DNA of 58,742 nucleotides, filler included, from Catajapyx aquilonaris (taxonomy: Eukaryota), in NCBI GenBank assembly GCA_000934665.2. It is 2 parts of 2 records of this genome, joined end to end, with 100 filler letters (N's around TTAATTAATTAA, not from the genome) between each part and the next. Parts side by side here need not be neighbours in the genome. Positions count along the whole stretch, not along the records: positions 29,481 to 58,742 come from JYFJ02004822.1; 1 more part is not named here. One strand, 5' to 3'. Position 1 is the stretch's first letter. The number at the start of each line of letters is the position of its first letter. The notes beneath the pieces are model-generated. The model was given only the letters and a program-made list of their open reading frames with translations. It was not told the DNA's origin and did no database searches. Shown in pieces: positions 38,924-50,760 of this stretch. The position numbers and the translations under genes were made by a program.

Positions 38924-41566
38924 TAGTGTCCTTTCCATTGTTGCCACTGTTTACAAATCGAGGGAGTGACGCGGACGACCCAGCGACGGGCCTCTTCTGC
39001 CTGCTTACACATCAGTAGCAAGGGATATGCAGGGAAAGACGGGAAAATAATGATGTTCGACGCAAGTCATTTTGGGGAAATGTACGTTCCCTGCTGGACT
39101 TTAGTGAGGGCTTAACTTCCGAATTACTTCGCCAATGTATGGACGGCCAGAATGTGCGATTTATGTGTTTCAAATATATCATTAGATAGACAAAGATTTA
39201 CACCATCCAGGGTTCACATCCAGGGGAATTTTTTGGCCTCAGAAAAGCGTCATAAAAAATTCACTTTGCGACGTTATTGGGTAATGGCATGACTCTACAC
39301 TGACTGTATATTAATTCGGCCCATTTTCTCATTGACAGGTTTTGCAAGTACTGCATGTGCTGCCAAAGCCCCAGACAATGCTGCCATTATGCCAGCAAGC
39401 TTACCAACTGATGCCTGGGTTTGGCTGGACTTTGAGCTTACTGCCGTCAGGTCAAGAAACTGGATGCTGGAGGGTGGTTCCAGAACTGACATTGCCATAT
39501 GTCAACATAGAGAGTCAATTATCTTCGTCCTTTGGTCAAGCTGTCTTCTAGACTCTAGAGTTTTACCTGAATGGAGTAACTAACCTATTCATGTGATACC
39601 TACCGTGCCTTGCTCCAGTCCCGTTCCCTTCTTCAAGCAGATCCCTGCCAGGTTTCCATTCAATTCCAATCTACAGTCCTTGCTAACAAATGCTTGACAA
39701 AAAAAGGAGATGGATCCTGAGAACATCTAACACTTTGTAAACTCCAATGGACTTGGTCAGTTGGTCTAACTTCTTGCCAAAGGTTTTGACATAGGATGTT
39801 GCTTTAGGCATGGTAGCCACACCGAACTGGTAGTACTTGCTGCTTTGAGTTGTTGTGTTTCCAATGTGTCAGGAAAAAAACTTAAAATCAGTAATATAAG
39901 AGATGACTTGAGCCAAAAAAAGAAAGAAGAGAGAACCATACTGGAGGACTGAGAGGAAGGACTTGGCGGGGCAACATGAACAGAGAGGGCTTTGGGACAG
40001 TGGGGAAGGGAAGGGCTTCAATCCCCCAACCATCAAGAGATCCCTTGCGGGATGCTGGCGGTGACAACGTGAGGGTGGCAGTTGGGAAGAAGACCCAGGG
40101 GCCTAATCCACGCCTTCTCCTTGTTCAAGACAAGATGCAATACACACTGTTGCTTCCTGGAAGGCTCAAGTCTTCTCATATACCACTAAATAACAAGATG
40201 TAATCAAAAGTTGGCAAGCACATGAGACAAGCTGCTGCATTATCTGCATTGGGGTCAAATATCACCTTTGGCGGGGAGGTATGGGAGCCGAGATGGAAAC
40301 GTCTCGCCTTGCTGAGTGAAAGGTCCTAAGTTCCATCTCCGCGTGGGATTTCCCTTTCACCTGCGTCAGGAGGGTCTCTGACCCGTACCAAGGAGGTGTC
40401 CGGCAACCTAAACTCCTGGGGAACAGCACATGACCCCTTTTCAGCACTTGCACCCTTGTTCCCTCCCCAAAAATACATATCCTTACCCAGTGTCTTTCAT
40501 TCCCTGCTCCGGAGTTAGAAAATGGAAAATATGGAAATATGGTGGTAGACTGGTAGTCCACCCCCCAACATTGACACTGTCACATGGGGTACATTTTTAA
40601 AATATTTTATTTTATTATTATTATTTTTAAATAATTTTAAACCTTGGGCTACATGTTGAATGTGAAAATTCCTGTGTATGCCCAAAACTAGCATCAAAGG
40701 AAGGTCAGTGGCAGTGACCGACATGCCCTCTTGTCTTGGTTGACCAAGCACACATGAAACACAGCTTGTGCTGGCTTTCTGATTCCCATCTGTATTTGTT
40801 TTATCGTTGTTGTAAGCATGGGTCAAGAACAACTCATATTCCACATTCCAAATGTGGGTTCAACAGTTGTCCCACCTTTGCATATTCTAGTACCCAGATA
40901 GCCACAGTTAAATGATAGGTGGTGACAACATCACGTAGAGGTCAACTTTGATTCCACCTTTATTGGTTATGGTGGCATATGTTTCAAAAACATGCGTGGT
41001 CATAAACCAAATATTTGTTCATAATAATTATACTGAAAGTTGTTGACCTGGGTTTTAAAAATATCGTACTTGACTACTCAGATGATTATAGAGGGGTCAA
41101 ATTTTGAATAATTTACCTGCAAGCTATTTGGCTAACATATCTCAAGGGTGTTGGGGTATTTTACCCTTGAGTTGTACCGTTGTTGTGGTGTAATGTAAAA
41201 GTTTTCTCATTTGATACAAGAATTTTTCTGTGTATTACAAACTGAAGCTACAAAAATTTTATCATTTTGTCTAGGAAAATGCGTCATCTTGACACACTAA
41301 TGCCACATTTAGGATGTGCCCTGAAACACCGAGGCGTGCCATATGACATATATCCATTGCACACAGAAACAAAATCTCACATTTGACACACTAACGACAC
41401 ATCCGTATGGAAAGAGGGCAGGCCAGCTTTGCATGTATACTGTCATTGTCCAGACCTCGGCGGCTGCGGCTTTCCTGGGGCGTACTGTACATATGGAAGG
41501 CTTACCCTTGCCACATTTCCTGCCAGTCTGCTACCTCTCTTCTCCGTGGTTCTTTTGCTTCTTGCC

Positions 41567-44102
41567 TCACCCGCTGCATTTCTGTTTTGTTCCGACACGG
41601 TGCACCTGCTGGCTTAATAGGTCTGGGGGCATGCTCTTCCGTGCACCTCCTGCTCTTCTGGATTTTCGTGTCTCGATGATGCCTCCTCCTTGCCAGTATT
41701 CACTGTCTATTTTTCCATATGATCTCTTATCGGGTGCATGCTCTTCGAGAATTGCCAGTCTCTTCAACGACCGTAGAACTTCCTCAGGAGCATTCCACTT
41801 ATTGGTTCCAAAGTATTCTCTTTTCATAACATTCTTATTCTCCAAAGCTGCAAGAGCAAGAAAACATTTCCGTCAGTGCATTAAGTCAGGCCTGAATATC
41901 GGTGATACAGAATATTGGAATGATTACTAATCAATTAATTATTAGATTTTAGGTGATTATTTATTTTGAAGTGTTGTTTGCAAGGTTGCTGACTGATCGT
42001 GGAATAAAACTGCAATACCACATTGTGTAATCACACCTAATTTTAAGATGTTCAATGACAGGATATTTACTGCCCTATTATTAACACAGCCGAATTTTTA
42101 CCTCCAATTTAGAGACGTTTCAACAATAAATTGAGAGACTTCATAATATTACGCTTCAGTTGTTGACCATACCTTGGGAAGAAAACCAATTGATGTTGCC
42201 ATGCTTCTGGACAACTTCTCCTAAGTGGTTTCCCATGATATGCATGTATGGGGTGACTCTCTTCCTCCCATATTCCTATAGCGTCTCCGCCTAGCGAAAC
42301 GAAGTCTGATAGCCATTTTTGGACCGCTTCAGCAACAGCAGCAGGTGAATCCACGGACATTTTGTGGAATAGAGAGTGAAAGTCCTGAAAAGAAAACGGC
42401 CATGTCACGGAACCATAACATAAAGGAGCAATTTAGTCAGCAGGAGCTACAAAATGGAACATGCAGACATTTAAGAAAATGGAAAATGTGCAGAGAGAAG
42501 TGCCCATAATTTCAGAACCGAACACCACTTTTTCATTCATGCCTACTTCTCTTCATCATTACCAGACGTCGCAAAACGGGTCGCTGTAAAAATTCTTCTG
42601 TATAATTGAATTAGCTGCAGTTAATTTACTTACATTCCAAAGGTGTATCACTCGCTGGGATGTCTTCTCCAAAATTATCCCTCGCAGCTTGGCAGGCAGT
42701 TTTTCCAGGAGAACACTCCTATCCTTTCCTGAAAAATAAAGCAAATCGCAGATTAATTTTATCTTTTCTCCTCTAGATTGAAATTGTAGAGCTGTATTTG
42801 TAGGAATATTACGTACCTGATATGGTTGTCCATTTGTCTTTCCCGCTCGGAGAAAAAACAATGGCAACACCACAATCACTAATTGCATTGGTCAGCTTCT
42901 GGACAGACGTCAGTCCACTTTGTTCGTTAACATCTGCCCGTGAATCACGTTCTTCACAATCTGTTACGACGTTATCTAAGAGTCTGTCAAAAATCCTCAT
43001 CATTAAATGTAATGTGTCAACAATGTGGCATTCTGGTTCAATGGCAAAAATGGGCAGGTGTTGGACACAATTCTTGACTTCAACATAGTCCTGTCTTAGG
43101 TTGTGAAGGATCATTTTCTCGACATTTGGCTGCTCCGTGCGCCACAAATTGTCATTGGACACTGTACAATAGAAGCATGGATGCTTAGAATTTGCACTCA
43201 TAAGTCCTAATACAATAAGTAAGAATTTCATGTCTCCTCCAATTACGAAATTTGTATTCACAAACTGTTCATCGAGCACTACGCCACCTGATGATACTTA
43301 TTTCCTTGGCAATATCAGAAGTTGCTGCTTTTAGCACGGTGTACTTCTCCTTTTCTTCAATAATCGTGACTGTCCGGTGTGTTGAAACTGATTGCATGTT
43401 TTGCAGGCCGTCCAATTCTAGGTGAAGTCCAGTCCAACTTTTGAAGGATGTTGTTATTCGTGCAGCATCCCCTTCCAATTTTACAGTCACACTGCCGATT
43501 TCACTTGGTGCCACACCTCTCTGCTTACACAAAGTACGTATACACTCACATATCGTTGGAGTAATAGACTTTAGTTGAGAACCACGAATGGTTCCAGGTA
43601 GCTTGCACATAATTTGTCAGATCGAGATGTTCTCGGCATAACTGCAATAGGTTCCACTTTGGTAATGTTGGGTTTGTCTCACAGAGCGTGAACCATGTTC
43701 TTGACTCATGAATTTCGCCTCCATTATGTGCCACTCCCCCATTATGGACAAAAATGAGGCACGCACACTACTTACAGGCACGCCTCCCGTGGTATGACTG
43801 CATACAAATATTCCTGAGGGAATGTAGTGGGCTGCATCGCCGAATCCTTTGAATAGAATTTCCTTCCCATTCTTACCATGCATTTCATCTTGATAGGGAA
43901 TGAAACGGCAACCCCATCGCCCAACCGCATCAAGTTTTCGGTTTTTGTCGGTGTGGAATTTAATTGGTGATAGTGATGCATCTGCTGTTTGTGCCTTATG
44001 GAGGTTCACTTGTGATGCCTTGCTGCGGTATGATGGCTTGACATGGGGAAGGCTAGGTGCTTTGTCTGTGGCATCAAACATGTGGGCAGAACACGAGGGC
44101 AT
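41567..44102 (-). pseudogene. Intron-containing Transib/RAG1-like DDE transposase, frameshifted
   Basis: Motifs in RAG1-core order: VKLEGDAAR (D), GGDMKFL (D), CFYC, IVDTLHLMMRI, VTPYMHIMGNH, FSSQ/ALENKN (E). GT-AG introns at 42729-42816, 42385-42633 and 41848-42172. Frameshifts near 43280 and 42270. Confidence 0.8.
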
Positions 44103-44577
44103 TGCCTTGTCAGCAACACCTGCAAATGAGGAGAGTTTGAAATGTTTACTGTCATCATCATATCGAAAGGTTTTTTTCCCATCCCTGTAACCTCATTCTA
44201 AGCTGCTGAGAATTTGTCAAAAGAAAACACTGCGGCAGTCACCTAGCGCCATTTTGATGGATTTTCAGGTCACTTGAAGAACCAAAAACCTGGACGTGTC
44301 ATTATTCCGAAGAAGAATCCTACCATAACCAAAGTTTGCACAATGGTAGTGCCTCATGTTCGTATCACACTTAGGTACCATTTATGTTTTTACCACTCAT
44401 GACCTTGAAGGTATTGCCCTCAACAATGGTTAGACTTGTGCTGTTTTCTTCGAAATCCTGAAATATATCAGTACAAAATATTCTTCCCAGTGTGTGACAA
44501 TCTTTATTTCCATTAATCTGACTCTTTCAAGTACAGCATAATATTATTACACGCCCATTGCCTTGCATGATGCCATC

Positions 44578-46374
44578 TCAGCTGCTGTCTGCTTCCTCGT
44601 CTTCCGACTGACTGTCATGTCCCTCGGCAACCAAACTCCGATAATATGCAACACTCTGTGGCTTTCTCAAGAATGGGAAAAGCCCCAAGAGATCCCGTAG
44701 CTTTCCTGGTTTGATGGGTACAGGACCCCAGTAGAGAGGTGGGAACATGCTGACATCACCTTTTGTCTTTTTCCGGATTGTACAAGTTTGCCATGGGCCA
44801 TTATATGAAAACCTTACGTCTACTGTGTTTCTCTTCTGCGCTGTGTACCTAATCATTCTGATGTCTCTTAGTTTCAAGGGAGGTCGCGGAGTGTTCAAAT
44901 AATGTGGCTTGAGAGCTGCCTTAATATCGCAAAACACATTTCTCTCAGGCTTCACGAGTACAAAGGCGGAAGGTTGCTGTCTTGCCGTTACAACAATGTC
45001 ATCCCACTCATTGGGTGTTTCAGCAATATGAGTTGCACGGTGTCGAGAGATCAGTTGAAAGTCTTGATCATTAGCCATGAATGAATGGCCTCTTATTGGA
45101 TAGACATGTAATATTGATTTTAAGCGATTCTCAACTGTAACCAAATGATGTAGTAGCTGCACAAGTAGCCTACATAGTTTTTGTTTTGTGCGGCACAACC
45201 ATCACTAAGCAAAACCAGTGACTCGCATACCCTGTACTTCCTTGTCATCATGGGTAATTAGATAGGAAAGTAGGTTGATCAGCTGGAGGCTGGTGTTGTC
45301 AGTGTCTTCTGAAACTGTGTTCGTCAGGAAATGGCGCAGTAGAGATGCAACTTCATTTTGGCCTCTCCTTGCAAAGTCTTCAGAGTAAGTGTACATGTGC
45401 ACGTCATGTGTAAGGAGGTTATGGATGCCAAAAACGTAGACCCAGAGTAGCCTGGCATAGAAAATCTTGTTCGTGGTCAAATTTGGGCAAGGTAGGTTCT
45501 GCATGAAATCAAACGAATAACAAGCAATAGTTGCATCTTTACGTGCCTCTTGTACTTCATGTCTGCGAATACCAAAGAAAGCCTCAGCTTTCTTCAAATG
45601 CAAAGATTGCTCGCGTTTTATGAGTGACCTAGAAGCATCCGAATCAGCATTTTCTAGGCGTACTGACAACTCGTCACAGGTGGAACATGTGTCACTCCTC
45701 GGGGAACCGAAGATGTTAAACTTGTTCATGAACACACGGTAGTACTTATCATAGGAGCAAGACAACTGCGGATATGCCTCTTTGAGCATGTGGTACATTT
45801 TGTTTATGTTGAGGGCTTGATGCAGGTAAATCCGATTCCTGTTTTTGTGGGTTGAATAGTGCGATTTCCTGGCAGGAAAGGATGAAATGTGATCCATGAT
45901 GGCTTTCTCTACACGATCTGAATACTTATGAGGATGATGTCCATGTTTTCCTCTTTTGTCTACAGGAGGTGAGCCCGTGTTCCACAATGAGTTGCGAATG
46001 CGACGAGTTCGTCCTGCGGTTATTCCATGTAACGCCATGAATGCCTTCACACACACTTGCTCCTCTCTGCCTTCCTCCAGCTGGACCTATACATCACAGA
46101 AAAACGCATTTCAATATTTAAGTAATATCACCCCTGACATAATCATCTCGTCACTGTCACAAAAATTATATTCAAGTCAATGATTATATCTCACCCTGTA
46201 TCTGGCTGACATTGCATGAGGCCTGGCCAAGACTGATGTGTCAGCATCACTGTTGCTGTCCTCTTCATCAGTTGCATTGACCCTGTGTCGTGGTCGTTGG
46301 CGTGCAGCTTTTTTCCAGTTATTTGAACCAGAGTAAGCCTCTCGCATAGTGCCTTTTCCATAGGTGTGAGACAT
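44578..46374 (-). pseudogene. Sola-superfamily DDD transposase, disrupted
   Basis: VCVKAFMALHGI, DKRGKH, HISSFPARKSHYS, PRSDTCSTCD, SFDFMQNLPCP, LSDGCAAQNKN (shifted frame near 45200), GHSFMANDQDF. Intron 46087-46194. An apparent insertion of about 70 nt at 45230-45300. Confidence 0.88.
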
Positions 46375-47225
46375 TTTCGTAACGTTCGATATGTGCTTTC
46401 GATCTCAATCTCTGATTACTGGAGTGTCTGTGGCAATCATGCTTCTGCCACGTTTTCTGGCTTCCCGGCCAGATTTTCGTTCACTTGCTTTAGGAAATCC
46501 ACGAATTGCTTCAGGACTGTCACAATAGGTCACCGGTCACAATAACCTTAGACCTATGTTGTGTTCCTTTTACGTCTCTCCCGGTTACACTTGGAAGTCA
46601 CGAGGCAAAGAGGTCATTTTCTGGTTTATTAATCACTCTACAGGACTATACTAAACTAGCATGATATATCACCAGGATAGCAACTCTGACCTGCACTAAT
46701 TGTAAGTGGCGGTGGGTCATCTCAATGTTGAATCCGCCTGTCCGGGGTGTGCGCCGGGTAGCTTTCTGTAGGCATCCGTGGGTTCCTCCTGCTAGGCCTT
46801 CTCTAATTAGGGCCCGCCTGCTGATTGGAGGGGAAGAAAACAATTAATCATTACGTATAGCTTCATAAATCGGCACAGTCAGGATGGAATCTTTGTAATA
46901 TGATAGCCCTAAATGTCATTTCCGATAATAGCATAAAGGGTGCCCCACAACTGTTTCTGTCACAACCGCAAATGACAGTTATGGTTCTCAAAACAATTGG
47001 CATGCCTCATAACTAGGCGAGGCCGCTTGTGGCATGTTCGTTGTAGCATGGTTTGCGGGTGTGCGTGTGTAAGTGGGCAGGTTTTTGTGATACCATACGC
47101 GTCACCATAACTAGCAAAAATTAGATGTGTAAAATATTAACCACGTCACTTACCAGTTGGCTGGCGTCAGCATCCTCTTTCACAATGGCACCTAACCAGG
47201 TACCCAAGAACAAACACAGGAGTTC

Positions 47226-47439
47226 TGTTACTCACGTTTATTGCACCAAGACCGTGAAACCGGGGAGACCACAAACACACGTCTTCTCCTTGCTCCGGCT
47301 TACCCGCTTCTCCTCGTCTCCCTTGCCTCCCGCCAGGCGGCTCCCCTCACAGCCACCAACCGCCACTTTTCAGGGGAGCCAACCTAGGGGAGGCGCGGGA
47401 AATACAATCTCCACCCCAATCGGGGGCAACAATGCCACA
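47226..47439 (-). mobile_element. Possible solo or partial LTR
   Basis: On the minus strand it runs TGTGGCA...AATAAACGTGAGTAACA (TG...CA ends with a polyA signal near the 3' end). No TSD or PBS confirmed. Confidence 0.4.
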
Positions 47440-47530
47440 CCTCAATGTCGACTGAGAGCTCCTGTGTGTTGGAGTCAGTGCTTTGGCTGGCCCTTGGGGT
47501 GGTGCGATCCCGTAAATATGGCAGATTGTC

Positions 47531-47767
47531 CTAGCACCATAGCACCTTCACCATCTCACCTGCCTTCTTGTCAAGCAGTTCATTTCCTCGCGGGAATGCA
47601 CTTCCACTAGCACTGTGCTGACACGCGTCTGACGCTACTGCTTTGTTTGCGGCAGGAAACAATGTCGTCAACTTGGGGACCATTTCCAGCAGTTCGCTCT
47701 CCGCTGCTTGTTTCTCCTTCAGCAGACGACGCCGTTTGGCTCCACTCAATTTTTCGGAACTCTTCAT
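47531..47767 (-). pseudogene. N-terminal fragment of a hAT (Tip100/ZMYM1-like) transposase
   Basis: MKSSEKLSGAKRRRLLKEKQ...VPKLTTLF resembles the typical LSGAxKRK...K+xxFF start of these transposases. Truncated before any domain. Confidence 0.55.
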
Positions 47768-47829
47768 ATTGCGCTACGCCGCTACACCATGTGACTGCAT
47801 GAGAGATTGAGAGTAATGAGAGATGAGAC

Positions 47830-49275
47830 CCAGCACCCTGCTTTGGTCCAAATCACCGAAATTGCCATCTGAGTCCTCGGTGTCTCCATACCCTGGTGGG
47901 CAGTACCCCATGTCAGGGCCTCCTGCCTCTCTGCAGCCACTTCGCAGATAATTGTGCAACTCACAGGCTGCCTTCACAATCCCATCTGCATGGGCTGGGT
48001 CTGTGTTGATAGGGCGCCTGAAGATCCGCCACCCTGTTGCCAAGATTCCAAAAGCGTTTTCGACACATCTCCTATGGGTGTGATTACTGTTTCAGTGATG
48101 GTGAAAGACAATATTCTGGTCTGATTGTGTTCACAAAGCTATCTTACTACAAATACGGAAGCAGCAGGATATGATGCCAGTAAAATTGGAAAAAAATACA
48201 CCAGATAAATGTTTCCCTAGATTTTCCCCACTAATACCTGTTTGCAAAACTTGAAGATGGATTTTAGTGAACAGTTGTGTACCAAGTGACTCACCTGGCT
48301 CTGCTGAGGCGGTAATTATATACCGCCTTCTTTTGGGTCAGATCTTGGCCTGGGTATGGTCGCATGAAGTTGATTTTTAACTGGAAAGCTTCATCTCCCA
48401 GAAACACACAAGGTGATGTAGTTTTGGTTCCTGGGAGGTAGGTCGGAGCTGGCAGTGGAACCTTGTTTTGTTCCTGCTTCTGCCCTAATGCCGAGGCTTT
48501 GAAAATCCCTCCATCGCTCTGTTTTCCGTAAAAGCCCCGACATCTATTACAGAGAACTTGTAATAATGAGGCGTCTGCGACCGCCATTAGGACTATCAAG
48601 AAGAACCCCTACAAGTGACAAAAAAAATCTTGTGGTAGACAAAATCGTCCTTCAACAAACTAAGTATGTAGAGGCTCTGCATATTTACAATTTGACATAT
48701 ACGAGGGCGGATCAAAAAGTAGATCATTTTTTACTCCGAAGATTTACTACAAAACCTGAAACAGGCATACACATATGAAAGAGCAGGTCTTTTTTCTACT
48801 TTTTGACTATAGTAATCATAAACATTGATGCATACATCCCCCCCGGGGCACCAATTCTACCATGACAGAACTTTGGTCGGGGGGGCAAACTATACTATGC
48901 ATCTACATTGTAGTTGGGGTAAAGAGATCAAGAGTTTGAAGGTGCCTGCATAATAACATGTTTTCCGTCCTCCGAACCGGTCCAGTTAGGGAAGTTCCAG
49001 AACCTCCAAAAATCGTGGGCAATGGCCTCGTACCCTTTCTCATCAGGTTCCTGCCGAAAAAATACATGCTAACCTTCAATATGTTTTCGCGGAATATACG
49101 TATATTATAAGGATAACGTGCCATATGGCTCAAGTAAGCTTACTTTATATAGAGGGGTTGTAGGGTGTCCCAAAACAGTGAGGTCATGAAGTGCAGAATT
49201 ATTGACACAGTGCTTATCCCTATCCGAAATGACACTGACAAATCTTGGAAGGAGCACCCTGAGGCCAGATATCTA
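47830..49275 (-). pseudogene. PIF/Harbinger (HARBI1-like, DDE_Tnp_4) transposase, fragmented
   Basis: RYLASGCSFQDLSVSFRIGISTVS (49140-49275); IVLMAVADA, YGKQSDGGIF, FLGDEAFQL, YNYRLSRAR; intron 48072-48294; RCVENAFGILA, AACELHNYL. Confidence 0.9.
48702..48865 (-). mobile_element. mariner 3' end nested in the Harbinger remnant
   Basis: TA + CGAGGGCGGATCAAAAAGT TIR. The minus strand encodes a degenerate ELVPR..CINVY.Y..K*, resembling the mariner C-terminus LVPRWDKCINxxGDYVEK*. Confidence 0.7.
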
Positions 49276-49714
49276 GAGTTTAAGAGAAAATAATATAAAT
49301 ATGTCATATCATGTAAGTAAAATTCAGGTACATCCTTGTAATTAACAGCCGGTCTGCCTGTGCACATGATGCTTACTTTGTAAACAGTTTATAGCTTACT
49401 AAACAATAACAGTAAGCCTTGCTGATCTCCTCCACGACTTGGGACAACCTCTTCTGGTGCTCCTCGAGGGTCGCTGTAATAATGTCAAAGGCACGCAGCG
49501 GGGACGAAGCAGGATTGGAGTAAAAGACAGACTGCCAAACGAGAACCTTACAGTTCAAGAGATATATTCCCACTGACGTGCTTGAAGAAGAACAGCGATA
49601 AGGAAAACAAAGAGTAGTGAAATGGGTATATTACAGCTAGCATCCCTTTCATTCTGACCCCCACAGTTACAGTCACCATAACTAAAATCACAATTAGTTA
49701 CATGGAGAAATGGG

Positions 49715-50758
49715 TCAAGGTTCATCCTGAAAGGAAAACACAATATTTGCCTCCTCTTCACTAGTAGTTGCAGCAGCCCGAGGTCCACCATAAAGAGAAG
49801 TCGAGTTCATGGTCTTCGCCAACATTTCTTTCGATGGGGTGAATGTTGTACAGCACTTGGACGATGCCTTTACAGACTGAGACGCCAAAAGAGTTCCACA
49901 GATGGTCTGCGTAACTAGTCTGTTACGGGTCCTTGTCTTCACCAAGTTGATTTTGCTAAAGATTCTCTCGCAGTCGGCATTTGAATGCGGGGCACTTAAA
50001 GCACTCAACGCGAACTGGGACACCGTTTTGTACTTCGGTTCTCCTCCAGAATCACAAACTTGTCCTATCTGGAGCATTAAAACAAACAAAATGACAATGA
50101 GGGATAGATATGATAATATTAGACCAGCAAGCAATATATTGCAAAGGATAATACAATACCTTATGCCAGAATAAATAGATTTCTATTTTCCTCTTCAATA
50201 TCTCGGGGCAAAATGTCCTGCAGAAGAAGACGCCACTCATCGTCCACCAGCTGCAGGTCATCTGGAGCAGCTCGTTTTACTTGCCTTGTTAGTGCTGCCA
50301 AAGATGGCGTCTTTTCCAGCTGCAGCTTGCAGAGAACATTTTCTGGCCTTAGGACAGTGATGTTGCGGAGAAATTCATCCGTAAAGTCAAATCTCTTCTG
50401 TATTCCTTTACACATGTTTATCAGGAATTTGAGGCACTTTGTGTGGAAGTCGTTCAGGAGATCTCTTCTGGCCATGACCTCTGGTCCCTTCAGCAGCTCA
50501 TCGACTCCCACACCCAGGTAAATCTTTTCGGGCCTCAGAAAATGTTTTGAGTCGTCTGGCTGTATGGCATTCAACGGCGTTGTTGACACATAGTCATACT
50601 TCATGTAACATTTTAGGAGGTCCTTGAAGCTTGCTTCCATTCGTTCCATTAGGTCAGTGATGACGACCCTTTCTGCCTGAAAGTACTGGTTCATCTTTGT
50701 TACCTTGGGAAGTACAAACTTCAAAAATGAATAGTACAGCTTGGCAAAAGGGGTCCAT
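49715..50758 (-). pseudogene. C-terminal half of a hAT transposase including the dimerisation domain
   Basis: KLYYSFLKFVLP, IYLG, IQKRFDF, DDEWRLL, FWHK; intron 50069-50159; ALSAPHSNADCERIFSKINLVKTRTRNRL. Confidence 0.9.
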
Positions 50759-50760
50759 TA

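Noticed and set aside
44228..44234. RSS-heptamer-like terminus (CACTGCG) of the RAG1-like element
   Set aside because: One mismatch, no matching opposite end or 5-bp TSD found, and probable 5' UTR sequence continues past it.
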